From contig JARDVH010000025.1 in NCBI GenBank assembly GCA_030324005.1, positions 45,099,029-45,163,028 on the forward strand: a DNA stretch of 64,000 nucleotides. Reading direction: 5' to 3'. The notes beneath the pieces were generated by a model. The model saw nothing but the letters and a program-made list of their open reading frames with translations, was not told the DNA's origin and made no database searches. How positions within the stretch are numbered: the first letter of the stretch is position 1; each line of letters starts with the position of its first letter. This DNA is from Negaprion brevirostris (taxonomy: Eukaryota). Of this stretch, positions 22,071-34,421 are shown in pieces. Made by a program: the position numbers and the translations under genes.

Positions 22071-23859
22071 ACCTCAGTGCCGCGGGGAAAGGCTTGCTGT
22101 GGAGTTAAAATTGTAACATAGCACTTGATCGGGCAGCGCACTCAAAGCCCAACAGTGTGGGAACCTTGGAGGAGGTGCTTCTACACTGCTGGAGTTTGGC
22201 ACTATGGAACTGCACAAGATCTCAGCTTGGAACTCCCTTTAAACTACCGGGAGTTGACTGAAACGTGGAACAAGTGCAGATCCACGTCCTCTGAAAACAC
22301 CTGGAGTTTATTTGCCGGTAGATGGATGTTGTCCATGTGTTTAACCATGCATGTGCCACGCTACCCGCCCCCCCACCCCGACTTCCCCGCTGGCCGGTAC
22401 CTGGCTGAAACTGATAGTCACTATGTGGATATAGAATAACTGAAATTAATCCGGCATGTAACAAAAAGGGACTGCGGGAAGCATGCATCAACTTGATAAG
22501 CAACTGGGAAGAGAAGCGTTTGTTAGTACTATTGATAAGTGGTCGAAAGCTGGAACATTAATCACGTACCTTTCCCCTTCATTCCATATCTCCAATATTA
22601 GTTTCTGCACCGGATTATATTGGAAGTTCTATTTGTTTTGAACCTGCCTCAGAGAATGGCTCTGTCACCCTTTCGGCGATGCACAGCAGCTTTCGATCAG
22701 CAGGTTCAGAAGAGGCGTGAGTATCATATGGGAGTCAGGTTGGTCTCTCTGAAGCTGGACCTTTTCAGAGCACCGACCATCTAACAGTCACTCGGCTTTC
22801 GCGGGCGCTTTTGTCACCATTTCCAAGCAGTCTGCTTGACTACCTGGGAACTTACTAAACACGATGTGGGATCTTTTTAATGTTAAGTTGTCAGATGGTG
22901 CTTCTATTTGCCTTTTTCTAACATGAAGAATTAGCTGCCTGCAGAGCAGAGTTCTGTACGTGTGTCCGGGCGTGTGTGTGTATATGTATACATATATATA
23001 TGTGCAGCCTTTGTTGCTGAACTCAGTGTGTGGTGCAGCCGGCACCAGAACTAGGGACTGCAGCTGTGGCTCACACCACACAGATAATGATCTGAGTGTA
23101 AAGGCTGTAATATAATAGCATCCCAAATCAGATAGTGAATCTGAGAGCGAGTCTGAGACCAGGGCTTAGTGTGAAATTGAGGCCAGGATTTAGTCATAGC
23201 CCCGCTGGAAACGGAGGCTGTTCATGTGTTTGATACTGTATCTGTGCCTGGCACAGTTACTCAATCTGGGACTTTAATCTGGAGCCTATCTGATTGTTAG
23301 TTAGAGAATGATTTATTGCTCTGCATGTTAATCCGGAAACCCTCAATATTGGGCACAGTCCCATTTGTCTAAAAAAAACCTCTCGACAAACTGAAATCCG
23401 AGACAATTGGCGATGGAAAAGATACTTCGAGATCTTTGCATTTACGAGAAGGCCGAATAACTCCCTGGATGGCACAGGCCGGGCTGTGTCCATTTGCAGA
23501 ATTGGGATTTAAAGCCCAGATTGGAAGGTGAATGGTCTCTAATATTCTCAGACTGTCACCACAGGAATGTCTGGGTCGGGGGGAGGGGGCGGAAGAGCTT
23601 CTGAAAAGTGACTGTCCCTCATGTGAGCCGATATCTTCTCCATTCGGGAAGTGTTGCATTCGCTGATGAAAGATCTGGAAGAGAACTTAAAATGCAAAAC
23701 TATTTCCTCCAACAAGGGGTTAGCTCGCAAACTTCAGGACTGAATGGAGAACTGCAGAACACAAGGAGAAGTCCCAACTGCAGATTTAATCTGTAATGGG
23801 GAGGTATGCGCACGGCTTTAGGAGATTCTCGCACAATATGATGCAGTCAACTTTATTAC

Positions 23860-24170
23860 GAACAAGGAGCAAGAGTAGGCCATTCAGTTCTCTAGTCACA
23901 GCTGCATTGCACCTACCCCGCTAACCTTTTACCCCCTTGCTTACCAAGAACCTATCCATCTCTGCTCTAAAATATTCAAATACTCTGCTGCCCCCACCTT
24001 TCCAGGAAGAGAGTTCCAGAGATTCAATATACCCTGAGTAAAAAAAAAACTTTGCCTCCTCTCCATTTCAAATGAGCGATCCTTTATTTTTGAACAGTGA
24101 TGCCAAGTTCTAGATTCTCCCACAAGAGGAAACATCCTCTCGACATCTATGCTGTCAATATCCCTCAGGA
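23860..24170 (-). mobile_element. CR1-type LINE 3' end
   Basis: ORF 23941-24135 reads MFPLVGESRT..FFTQGILNLWNSLP, the CR1 ORF2 C-terminus, followed by the tail. Confidence 0.85.
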
Positions 24171-24317
24171 TTGAGGTGAGAGTGGGTTTTTCGTGATGAA
24201 GGCAATTGGATATAAAAGAAGAAACAAAAAAATGTATTGACTGTTATGTTGCTTACAGACTGAGAACGTGATTTTAAAGTGTGGTTCCTTAACTTCATTA
24301 CAAAGTATTGATCCAAA

Positions 24318-24612
24318 GTTTCAAAGTTTATTTATTACTGTCACAAGTAGGCTTATATTAACACTGCAATGGAGTTACTGTGAAAATCCCCTAGTCACCA
24401 CACTCCAGTGCCTGTTTGGATATACTGAGGGAGAATTTAGCATGGCCAATGCACCCAATCAGCACATCTTTCGGACTGTGGGAGGAAAGCAGAGCACCCA
24501 GAGGAAACCCACACAGACTTGGGGAGAACGTGCAGATTCCACTCAGACAGAGACCCAAGCTGGGAATCAAACCCCAGTTGTGAGGCAGCAGTGCTAACCA
24601 CTGTGCCACCCA
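24318..24612 (-). mobile_element. tRNA-derived V-SINE (HE1-type head and core) with an alternative 3' tail
   Basis: Minus strand: GTGGCACAGTGGTTAGCACTGCTGCCTCAC (A box), V-domain GGGTTTCCTCTGGGTGCTC, tail GACTAGGGGATTTTCACAGTAAC...AATAAATAAAC. Confidence 0.85.
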
Positions 24613-25234
24613 AGCAACACCATTGAAAGGATCTGCAAATAATAATCCCTGAAGAGTCAGTTCACCTTTAGTGAATTGTTCCAAAGTTTCAATTGAAATA
24701 TATGTATGTATTGTGATGAAGAATGTCAGTTTGGGTTTGCTCAGTGTGGCCAGTTAGGTGGATGCCTTATTGACATATCCATCTGCACTTGTTGCTACTC
24801 AATATGACAGAGCACAAACAGCCGTTGGAATGTGACAATCATGCGAACATTGATGTTCAACTTGAATGTGAAGACCCACATGACCCAGTGTTTTTTATGA
24901 GTTCCTGCATGTCAGATAGCCATCAATATGTTGAAGGTGAGCCAAATCGAGTTATTTAGAAATCCATACTCACCTATAGACTTTCTGTTTGCCCATTACA
25001 GAGTGCTGCCATACTCAAATCCAGAGACTTTAAGAGTAAGTGGGCTAAGCCAAGGCTCAAGGATCACCAGAGTATATCACTGAGAATCTGCTTGTCCCAT
25101 TAGGGCCATCTTTTTAATTAAAGATATGAGTTGCAGGGTGATTTGATGATGAGTAGGAATAAAAACAGACCAAGAAGCAGACATCACATTGGAAAGCATA
25201 AGCAAACACTCACATCAATAGTACAAAGAATAAT

Positions 25235-25575
25235 AAGACACTGCAGAGGAGATTTACCAGAACAGTTCCAGGGATGAACCTGGGATTTGGAGAATGAAAG
25301 GAAAGGGGTTAGAGGTATACAAGATTATGACAAGGAAAATTTATTCCCATTAGTTGATTGTGCAATGAGGAGGGGATACTGATTAAGTAATACTGGGAAT
25401 GTGAGGAAATACTTTCCGAGAAAGTGAGATGTACTAACTTGCAACTCACTGTCCAAGAGGGTGGTGCATATGGAAACATTCAATGAAGGAAAAACCTTGC
25501 AGGGCTAAAGAGACCNNNNNNNNNNTTTGGGAAGCCAATAGACTTGATGAGCTGAATGGCCTCCTATGCTGCAAA
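25235..25575 (+). mobile_element. Highly decayed CR1 3' fragment
   Basis: GCAGAGGAGATTTACCAGAA..TTCCAGGGATGA and tail GATGAGCTGAATGGCCTCCT. Confidence 0.55.
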
Positions 25576-25667
25576 TGGAGGTAGGAGGGACAGGATGAAT
25601 CTGCCAGACAGGTACTGTGACAAAATCTGAAAGTCACAAAAGGGGTGTTTGCACCTCAGTTTGCCCG

Positions 25668-25920
25668 TGAATCTGAGATTAAAACTGAGTCTGATAGTGA
25701 CTCTGGGAGTGAGTCTCAATCTGATGGTGATTTTTGGACATGAATTTGATTCCTATAGTGAATCTGTGACTGAGAGTGAATCTGAGAATGATAATGAGCC
25801 CTATGGAGAGTCCTGAGAGTGAATCTGAGTATGTTAGTGAGATGGGTGTGAATCTGATTCCTATAATGAATCTGTGTCCAAGAGTGAGTCTGAGAATGAT
25901 AATGAGACTGATGATGAGTC
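25668..25920 (+). repeat. Degenerate (GAGTCT/GAATCT)n hexamer array, block 1
   Basis: Repeated TCTGAGAGTGAATC units, which translate as ESES. Confidence 0.8.
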
Positions 25921-26140
25921 ACTGTGCCAGCGATCTGGGTTCAATTCCAGCCAAAGGTGACTGGCTGTGTGGAGTTTACATATCTTCCCTGTGTCTGCAT
26001 GGGTTTCCTCCTACAGTCCAAAGATGTGTAGGTTAGGTGGATTAGTGATGCAAAATGTGTGGGGTTACAGGGATAGAGTGGGGGAAAGGACCTGGGGTAG
26101 GTACTCTGAATGGCTTCCTTCTGTAGAGATTCGATAATTG
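25920..26140 (+). mobile_element. HE1-type V-SINE, internally deleted
   Basis: GGGTTCAATTCC B box, GTGTGGAGTTT, GGGTTTCCTCC, GTCCAAAGATGTG. Confidence 0.75.
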
Positions 26141-26206
26141 GACTCTATGTATACTGCTATCATGCCTGGGAACCAAGGACAGTCCTCTCAACATTGATGT
26201 ATTTTA

Positions 26207-26580
26207 GGGGGTGGCACAGTGGCAGAATGGTTAGCACTGCTGCCTCACAGGACCAGGGACCTGGGTTTGAGACCAACCTTGGGTGACTGCCTGTGGTGTG
26301 GAGTTTACATGGTCTTCCCGCATCAGCGTTGGGTTTCCTCTGGTTGCTCTGCTTTTTACCCTCAGTTGAAAGATGTGCAGGTTAGGTGGATTGGCAATGC
26401 TAAATTGCCCTTAATGTCCAAAGATGGGTAAGTTAGGTGGAATTGTCATGGTAAATGCACAGGGTTACAGGGATAGGACAGAGAGGAAGGTCTGAGGTGG
26501 ATGCTTTTTCAGAGGGTCGTTGCAGACTTGGATGGGTTGAATGGCCTCTTTCTGCACTGTAAGGATTCTATGGTTCTATG
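26207..26580 (+). mobile_element. HE1-type V-SINE, near full length
   Basis: tRNA-like head GGCACAGTGGCAGAATGGTTAGCACTGCTGCCTCACAG, V-domain, LINE-like tail GGATTCTATGGTTCTATG. Confidence 0.9.
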
Positions 26581-26731
26581 GAGCCTGAGACAATCTGTTT
26601 CTTACAGTGAATCTCAGTCTGAAAGTGAGTCTGAGCCTTCGAGTAAATCTGAGTTTGATAGTGATTCTGAGAGTGAATGTGAGTCTGACAGTGTGTCTGA
26701 GAGAAAATCTGAGTCTGAAAGACATTTTGAG
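26581..26731 (+). repeat. Degenerate (GAGTCT)n array, block 2
   Basis: Translates SESQSESESEPSSKSE... Confidence 0.8.
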
Positions 26732-27586
26732 TGTTTTTAAGAATTGGGGAAGAGTAAGGTTAAAAATGAAGTTGGGATAAAATAAAAAGGGCAATCGATA
26801 TGTGCGTCTGCGTGACGGGGTGTTTTGATAGGAGAATCTACATATCAATGAGAAAAGCAATTGTATATCCATGTGATGAGGGGAGATCAATGGGGTGTAG
26901 AAGAGGTGACTCAAAGTAGAGAGATAAGGGAATTGGCACATATATATTTTAAAATCCCTGTCCATAGTGCAGGTAACATCAAACAAAAAGAATGATATAT
27001 CCATAGTACAGTAACTGAGAAAGGCATATGGTAGAAGCAACGATCACAGCCATTCCCAGCTACAGAAAACAGTCTTGCCTGAAAGCAGGTTAATGCTAAA
27101 AGATGGCTGGTTAAAATGCCAAAACTCAAACAGAGAAGCTTACATCTTCATCAAGACTGAAGATGATTTTCCCAAATATGGACTGATAACCTGAGTGTGG
27201 TAATGATCTGCTGGACTTAGCTTTTAGAGTTATATAATGTTGGATGTTGTTTGGGAATAGAGGACGTCTTAGAGTTCAGGAATGGTAGGAAGTTGGGAAT
27301 AATGGGGTAACTTCATATAATACTCTGTGTGTAAGACCATTAATGTAGTTAAGTGTGCTGTTGGAGCGTATTATAATCCTAGTTGTTGTGTGTTCATTTA
27401 AATTAATAATATTCTTTATTAAGTGTTCACAAAATAACTGGATTGTTCATCTCTGGTTTGCATATCTTTCTCACAGTCTACTCAATTGAAGTAGACTAAT
27501 CATATACAGCATTAAGAACCAGTGTTCCAAGATACCATCTGGGTTTTGGGATGCCCTCAAATTTAACATCAACAGGGTTTTTAACA
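26732..27586 (+). mobile_element. Putative 5' LTR of the Gmr1-like element
   Basis: Begins TGTTTTTAA and ends TTTTTAACA (TG...CA termini); lies just upstream of the PBS-like motif and gag. No second LTR is visible to confirm it. Confidence 0.5.
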
Positions 27587-27609
27587 GAAGTTTTTTTGTT
27601 CTTTAGCCA

Positions 27610-27721
27610 CATTTAAGACTTATCTTGATAGGCATATGAACAAACGGGGAATAGAGGGATGGTCTAGAAATGTCACATGATTGGTGCAGGCATGGAGGGC
27701 CGAAGGTCCTGTTCTTTGTTC
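27610..27721 (+). mobile_element. CR1 3' tail inserted between LTR and PBS
   Basis: CTTGATAGGCATATGAA..GGAATAGAGGGAT..GGAGGGCCGAAGGTCCTGTTCTTTGTTC. Confidence 0.7.
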
Positions 27722-27726
27722 AAAAC

Positions 27727-27745
27727 TGGGGGGTCTTAGTGGGAT
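27727..27745 (+). other. Degenerate primer-binding site, tRNA-Pro-like
   Basis: TGGGGGGTCTTAGTGGGAT compared with the tRNA-Pro PBS TGGGGGCTCGTCCGGGAT; positioned between LTR and gag. Confidence 0.5.
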
Positions 27746-30532
27746 TTACAAAGCATATTTCTTTTTGTGTAGGGGAATTATATATAACGAGAGTGAGGAA
27801 CCAACTGAGGAAGTATGTGATTTAAAATAAGGTGCAACATGACTCTTGCGATGGCTAAGACTTGTTTAGGAGTCGACAGTATAACCTTGGAAAGTCCCTA
27901 CCTGGAGGGACTAAAAAGGCTAAGAAGGAAATTGAACTGTGAAGCATTTAAATGTACAAGAGTTGTCAGTTAGATGAAGAGTGAGTCAATCAGTTGTCAG
28001 TTGAAAAGTGAATAAATTGAATTTTCTAAAATTCAAATGCAGGGAAAACAAAAGGAAAAATAACTAGAGATGCAGAAAAAGCAAAAAGATAGGGCAAGAG
28101 AGGAAAAAGAAAGAGAGAGCTTTTTAAAAGGAAATTGAAATGAGGAAACTTGATGATGATGTGGAAAGATGAGCAAGGGAACGAAAGGCAAAGAAGAGAG
28201 TGAATTTGAAATTAAGAAGCTGTAAGTTAAAACAAAGACACTAAAGCAGGGTGAAAGGAAATAGGTTTGACATGAACCTAGTTGGGAGATGCTTAGATTT
28301 GTCCAGGTACATCCAAAATTTGATGAAAATGATGTGAAGGCATTTTTAAAAATTCATTTGTGATAATAGCGATACTAATAAAATGGCCTCAAGATATGTG
28401 GATGCTGTGCTTACAGAGTAAACTTGTAGGTATTATGAATGAGGTCTATGTGGCTTTATCAGAGGAATGATCTGAGGAGTATGATGCAGTGAGGAAAGCT
28501 ATTTTGAGTGCTTATGAATTAACACTGGGGGCTTGAAGACAAACATTTTGAAATGTAAGAAAACAGCCTGGACAGACTTAAATTGAATTTCAAAGAGTTA
28601 AACAAAGTAATTCTGATGGTTGGTTAGCGCATTCTGTTGGAAGAATTCAATGATTCATTATCTGCAGTGCCAAGAACTCATGTGGAGGAACAAAGTTAAA
28701 ACTGTGAGGTAGGCCACAGAGCTTCTTGATGGCTATGAGTTGGCTCGTAGGTCAAAGCCTTCTCCTCAACACACTTTTAAGTCTGAGAAAGATAGAAAAT
28801 GGGAAGGTGTGAGAAAAGACAGTTAAGCAAGAGAGAGAGTGGTTGAAAATTTAAAGGAGGCTTCACCTCAAAGCAAAAATGGTGGTGCTGAGAGAATGAA
28901 GGATATGGAGAAAGTTGTAATGAACTGGGTCATTCAAAATCATTATGCTGGGGTTAAATGACAAGCTGGTTGGAAATATAAGTCTAAGAAAGGAAATTTT
29001 AAATCAGAAACTTTAGAATAAGAGAAGCTGGTAGGATTGTACACAGAGAAGAACAAACAAAATGGGTGAAAATGTGTGCACAACTTGCACAGGGGCAGCG
29101 TGACCAGCAGGTGGCTTATCTGTTTGAGGATTTTGTATGTGAAGGGCAAGTTTTTTAATATGTAAAAAATGGATTGAGGAATGATATTAAAATTTTAAGA
29201 TATACAGGAGTGAGTCAATCTCTAATGTTGTGAAATAAAGATATTTGTTGTTCAGAAAGGACATTGAAGGAAGAGGTTCTAGTTAGCAGCACTCATGGTG
29301 AGACTAAATAAATTCCTCTAGTGAAAGTCAACTTATGAAGTAGCTTGAAGATGGGNNNNNNNNNNNNNNNNNNNNNNNNNNNNNNNCACATTTCAGGGAT
29401 CCAATTCATTCAAAGGAATGATGTAGATGGATCACAGATAATAGTGATGCCTAATGTGGTTAAGGAGCTGGTAGACAATCAAACTATGGAAAAAGTGCAA
29501 ATGATCACCCTGGTATGTTCTTTGATTGTGTGGTAGCAAGATCACCATCACATGAGATGAGACAAGAGAATGAGTTAAGAGCACAGGTTGAGAAAAGTGG
29601 AGTAAGGTTAGCTCATACTATCTTTAGTGAACTGAATAAAGATGGAAAAGTTAAAGGGAAAGAAAACATGTGCATAGCTCAAAAAGATTGATAGAATTAC
29701 TGCAGGGCGATTCCAAATTGAAACACATTTATTAAACGGCTTACTCAGAATTGGAGACTTAGCGTTTTCCTGAATGTTATTATATAAAGGATCACATATT
29801 AATGAGAAAATTGCATCCCATGCATATTAGTGCAGATGACAAATGGGCAGAAATACATCAAATGGTATTACCTCCTGAGTAAAAGAAAGAAATTCTAAGG
29901 ATAGCTCATGAAATTCCATTAGGAGGACATCTGGGAATAAAGATATAGATATAAGCAAAGCTATAGAAGCAGTTTTACTGGCTGTGACTACATAAAGATG
30001 TAGTTACATTTTGTCAAATATGTCACACACGCAAAAAAGCGAGCACATTTGATCCCTGTTCCAGCTTTCGAAGAACCTTTTACCAGAGTTCTAATTGACT
30101 TTTGGAAATGCGAAGTGGAGATCAATGCTTGCTAACTTCTATGGATATATCCACTAGATTTCCCGAAGCCACATTGTTAAGAAACATTATAGTCAAGAGA
30201 CTGGTAGTCGACTTTATTAGAAATGGCTTACTGAAAGAGGTAAAATTTCATGTCAGAATTATTTAAAGAGGCCATGATAGCATGGAAATGAAACAGTTTA
30301 AATCATCATCCAGAGTCATAGGAAGCATCAGTAAGGTGGCATCAAACTTTGAAAACAATGATGAAGTGTAGAGTCAAGATTACCCTCATGATTGGGACAA
30401 AGGGATTCCATTTTTATTATTTGCCATTGAGGATGCACTAAATGATTCGATAAGATTTAATCCTTTTGAATTAGTTGATGGGTAGAAGTTAGCGCATCTC
30501 AGAAATTAATACAAGAAAAGTTATTAAATAAG

Positions 30533-31880
30533 CTGCAGTCCATGTGCTGTGGGTTGACCCACAATGCCATGAGGGAGGGAATTCCAGGATTTTGACCCAG
30601 TGACTGCGAAGGAATGGTGATATATTGCCAACTCAGGATGGAGAGTGGCTTGGAGGAGAATTTGCAGGCGGTGGTGTTCCCATGTATCTGCTGCCCTTGT
30701 CCTTCTAGATGGAAGTGGTCATGGGTTTGGAAGGTGCTGCCTTAGTATCTTTGGTGAATTGCTGCAGTGCATCTTGTAGATAATACACACTGCTGCTACA
30801 GGGTGTCAGTGGTGGATGTTTGTAGATGTGGTGCCAATCAAGTGGACTGCTCTGTCCTGGATGGCGTCCAGCTTCTTGAGTGTTGTTGGAGCTGCATCCA
30901 TCCAGGAAAGTAGGGAGTATTCCATCAAACTCCTAACTTGTGCCTTGTAGATGGTGGATAGGCTTTGGGGATTCAGGAGGTGAGTTGACTCACTGCAGTA
31001 TTCCAAGCCTCTGACTTGCTCTTGTCACCACTCTGTTTATGTGGTGAGNNNNNNNNNNNNNNNNNNNNNNNNNNNNNNNNNNNNNNNNNNNNNNNNNNNN
31101 NNNNNNNNNNNNNNNNNNNNNNNNNNNNNNNNNNNNNNNNNNNNNNNNTGCATCTTGTAGACAGTACACAATTCTGCTACTGAGTATGTCAGTGGAAGCA
31201 GGAGTGGATCATTTGGATGTGGTGCCAATCAAGCAGGCTGCTTTGTCCTGGATGATGTCAAGCTTCTTGAGTGTTGTTGGAGCTGCACCCATCCAGGCAA
31301 GTGGGGGGGAGTATTCCAGCACACTCCTGACTTGTGCCTTATAGATGGTGGGTAGGCTTTAGGGAATTAGGAGGTGAGTTACTCGCCACAGTATTCCTAG
31401 CCTCTGACCTGTTCTTGTAACCTCTATATTTATGTGGTGAGTCCAGTTGAGTTTCTAGTTAATGGTAACCCCAAGGTTGTTGACAGTGGGGGATTCAGTA
31501 ATGGTAGCACCATTGAATGTCAAGCAGTGGTGGTTAGAGTGTCTCTTATTGGTGATGGTCATTACCTGGCATTTGTGTGGCATGAATGTTACTTGCCACT
31601 TGTCAGTCCAGGCCTGGATATTGTCCAGATCTTGTCACATTTGAACATGGACTGCTTCAGTATCCGGGGAGTTGCAAATGGCACTGAACATTGTGCAATC
31701 ATTGGTGAACATCCCTAACTCTGATCTTATGACAGAGGGAAGGTTATTGATGAGGATTGTTGGGCCGAGGGACTACCCTGAGGGACTCCTGCCGCGATGT
31801 CCTGAAGCTGAGATGAGAGACCCTCCACAACCACAACCATCTTCCTACATTCCAGATCTGACTCCAACCAGTGGAGTGTT
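30533..31880 (-). mobile_element. LINE (CR1/L2 group) RT 3' part nested in the Gypsy integrase
   Basis: ORFs 31727-31948 (WLESDL..RKMVVVVEG..AGVPQGS) and 30806-31006 (STIYKAQVRSLMEYS..W). Confidence 0.85.
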
Positions 31881-33400
31881 TGCCCCCGGTACCCATTGTG
31901 AGGTGGCGAGGAAGCGTTTAAAGATAGCATGGCAGGGAATGAAAACAATGACTGATAAGAGAGCGCAGACTCATATTATTGTAGCAGGGATAAAGTGCTA
32001 ATGTTACCATTTGTATTGGGCAAAATATTGAAAGTTAGATTTAGTGGACTTTATCACATTGAAAGGAGACTGAGTGAAATAAATTATTTGGTATATACAC
32101 TAGATTGGTGTAAATGTCACAGAGTATGGCATAAAAACACACTTAAGAGGTATTGGGATAAAGCAGATGTGGACAAGCATGAGGTCTTGTTAGTAATGAA
32201 GCAGTGAGAAGAGGAAGGGTTAAATTCTGTGCGTTACTTTCTTCTAATTCATTTGGGTAATGAGGAAGTAGAAAAAATGCAACTAACTGGTTGCTATCTT
32301 CCAGTAAAGTGAATTGGAAAAGTTGCTGCTCCATTTTAAATCTGTTTTTGGGAATAAATTAGGTACAACAGAGAAAGCAAAGCATGATGTAAATGTGGGG
32401 GAAACAGTTCCAATACAGTTCTGATCCAGAAAAGTAATCACAAGTACAGAAGAATATATGCTCCAATATAATTTTATTCAGTTAAGTTCTAGGTCAGGAT
32501 TTTTTGTCTGCATTCACTCCAAACTCAGGAAGTTCTACCCGAGATCAACAGACCTTTGCATGGTCCTTGTCTCACACACTACAATTACCATTGAGAATGG
32601 AATGGGAAAATTCCAGTCTTAATGTTTGGAGTTTACCTATTGTAATGTTGCTGAAGCCAAATAGAACACAAAGACTTTGTATGGACTTCAGGACTGTCAT
32701 CGTCAAGGGGGATTTCTTTCCTATACCATGATGATTGGATCGAAAGAGTTAGACAGCCTAAATTCATTACTAAAATAGAATTGTGAAAGGAATATTGGCA
32801 AGTACCTTTATCTAAGAGAGCAAAGGAAATCTCAGCATTTGTGATGACAATTGGACTTTATCAATTTAAAGTTATGCTGCTCAGGACAAAGAACACACCT
32901 GCAACATTTCAGAGATGAACAAATAAAATTATTGAAGGATTGAGTGACTATGCATTGACAATTCAGTGGTGTTTAGTTAAATTTGGGAAGAACATCAGCA
33001 ACACCTAAAAGAACTGAATGCTTAAAATAAACTAATCTCATCATGAATTTGGCAAAAAGCGAATTTGCTAAAGCTCAAATTTCGTATTTCAGACTTATCG
33101 TGGGACATTGTGAGATTGCTTCGTGAGATTGGAAAATATGTGCCATTTGGGATTTTCCAAAACCCACAAAAAGATAAGAGATTTTAAGATTTCTGGGAAT
33201 GAGTGGATTTTATTGTAAGTTTATACTAAACATTTTCAGTATGGTAGAAAAACTCACAGAACTCTTGAAGAAAAACAAAAAATTGAACTGGACTAAAGAC
33301 AGCCAAACTGCATTCCAACATTGATAAATGAATCAATCCATCCATCCCCTTTTTAGCTGCACTGGTTAAACTTTGCCCTCTCTATGACAATATTTTTATA

Positions 33401-33541
33401 ATGTGGATATGCCGGCGTTGGACTGGGATGAACACAGTAAAAAGTCTGACAACACCAGGTTCGTCATTCACCTGACGAAGGGACAAACCCCAAAAGCTTG
33501 TGAGTTTACTATCAAATAAATCGGTTGGACTTAAACCTGGT
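33401..33541. mobile_element. Penelope-type terminal fragment with inverted-repeat structure and hammerhead-like core
   Basis: ACCAGGTT (33454-33461) and AACCTGGT (33534-33541) are inverted, running into a gap; CTGACGA-AGGG-acaaa-CCC-CAAAAGC at 33472-33497. Confidence 0.65.
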
Positions 33542-33869
33542 NNNNNNNNNNNNNNNNNNNNNNNNNNNNNNNNNNNNNNNNNNNNNNNNNNNNNNNNNNN
33601 NNNNNNNNNNNNNNNNNNNNNNNNNNNNNNNNNNNNNNNNNNNNNNNNNNNNNNNNNNNNNNNNNNNNNNNNNNNNNNNNNNNNNNNNNNNNNNNNNNNN
33701 NNNNNNNNNNNNNNNNNNNNNNNNNNNNNNNNNNNNNNNNNNNNNNNNNNNNNNNNNNNNNNNNNNNNNNNNNNNNNNNNNNNNNNNNNNNNNNNNNNNN
33801 NNNNNNNNNNNNNNNNNNNNNNNNNNNNNNNNNNNNNNNNNNNNNNNNNNNNNNNNNNNNNNNNNNNNT

Positions 33870-34130
33870 GTAAAGGGGATGTTTCCTCTTTCCAGAGAGT
33901 CTAGAACTAGTTATCTCTGTTTAAAAATAAGGGGTCACTCTTTTGGGACAGAGATATGGAGGGGTTTCTTCTCCGGGAGAGTCATGAGTCTCTGGAACTC
34001 TCTTCCTCAAAAGGCAGTGTAGATAGAGTCTTTGAATATTTTGGGGGCAGAGCTGGATGAGGGGTTGTCGTGGATAGGCAGGAATGTGGGGTTGAGTTTA
34101 CAATCAGATCAGCATGATCTTACTGAATTT
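33870..34130 (+). mobile_element. CR1 3' end
   Basis: MFPLSRESRT...FFSGRVMSLWNSLPQKAV. Confidence 0.85.
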
Positions 34131-34421
34131 GGGGCAGCACAATTGTTAGCCTGGCCTCTTGGTTCAATTCCTGGCTTGAGTCATTGTCTGTTTGGAATCT
34201 GCACATTCTCCCTGTGTCTGAGTCGGTTTCCTTCAGGTGCTCTGCTTTTCACCCACCGTCCAAAGTTGTGCAGGCTAGGTGGATTGGCCATGCTAAATTG
34301 CCCCTTAATGTCAGGGGGATTAACAGGGTAAATATATGGGGTACTGGGATAGGGTCTGGATGGGATTGCTGTCAGTGCAGGCTGAATGGGTTGAATGGCC
34401 TCCTTCAATGATTTTATGATT
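34131..34421 (+). mobile_element. HE1-type V-SINE
   Basis: GGGGCAGCAC head, GGTTCAATTCC, GGATTGGCCATGCTAAATTGCCCCTTA, tail GAATGGCCTCCTTC. Confidence 0.85.

Noticed and set aside
26207-26285. tRNA-like A/B boxes (also ~24560-24612, 60859, 61441)
   Set aside because: They are SINE heads continuing into SINE bodies, not tRNA genes
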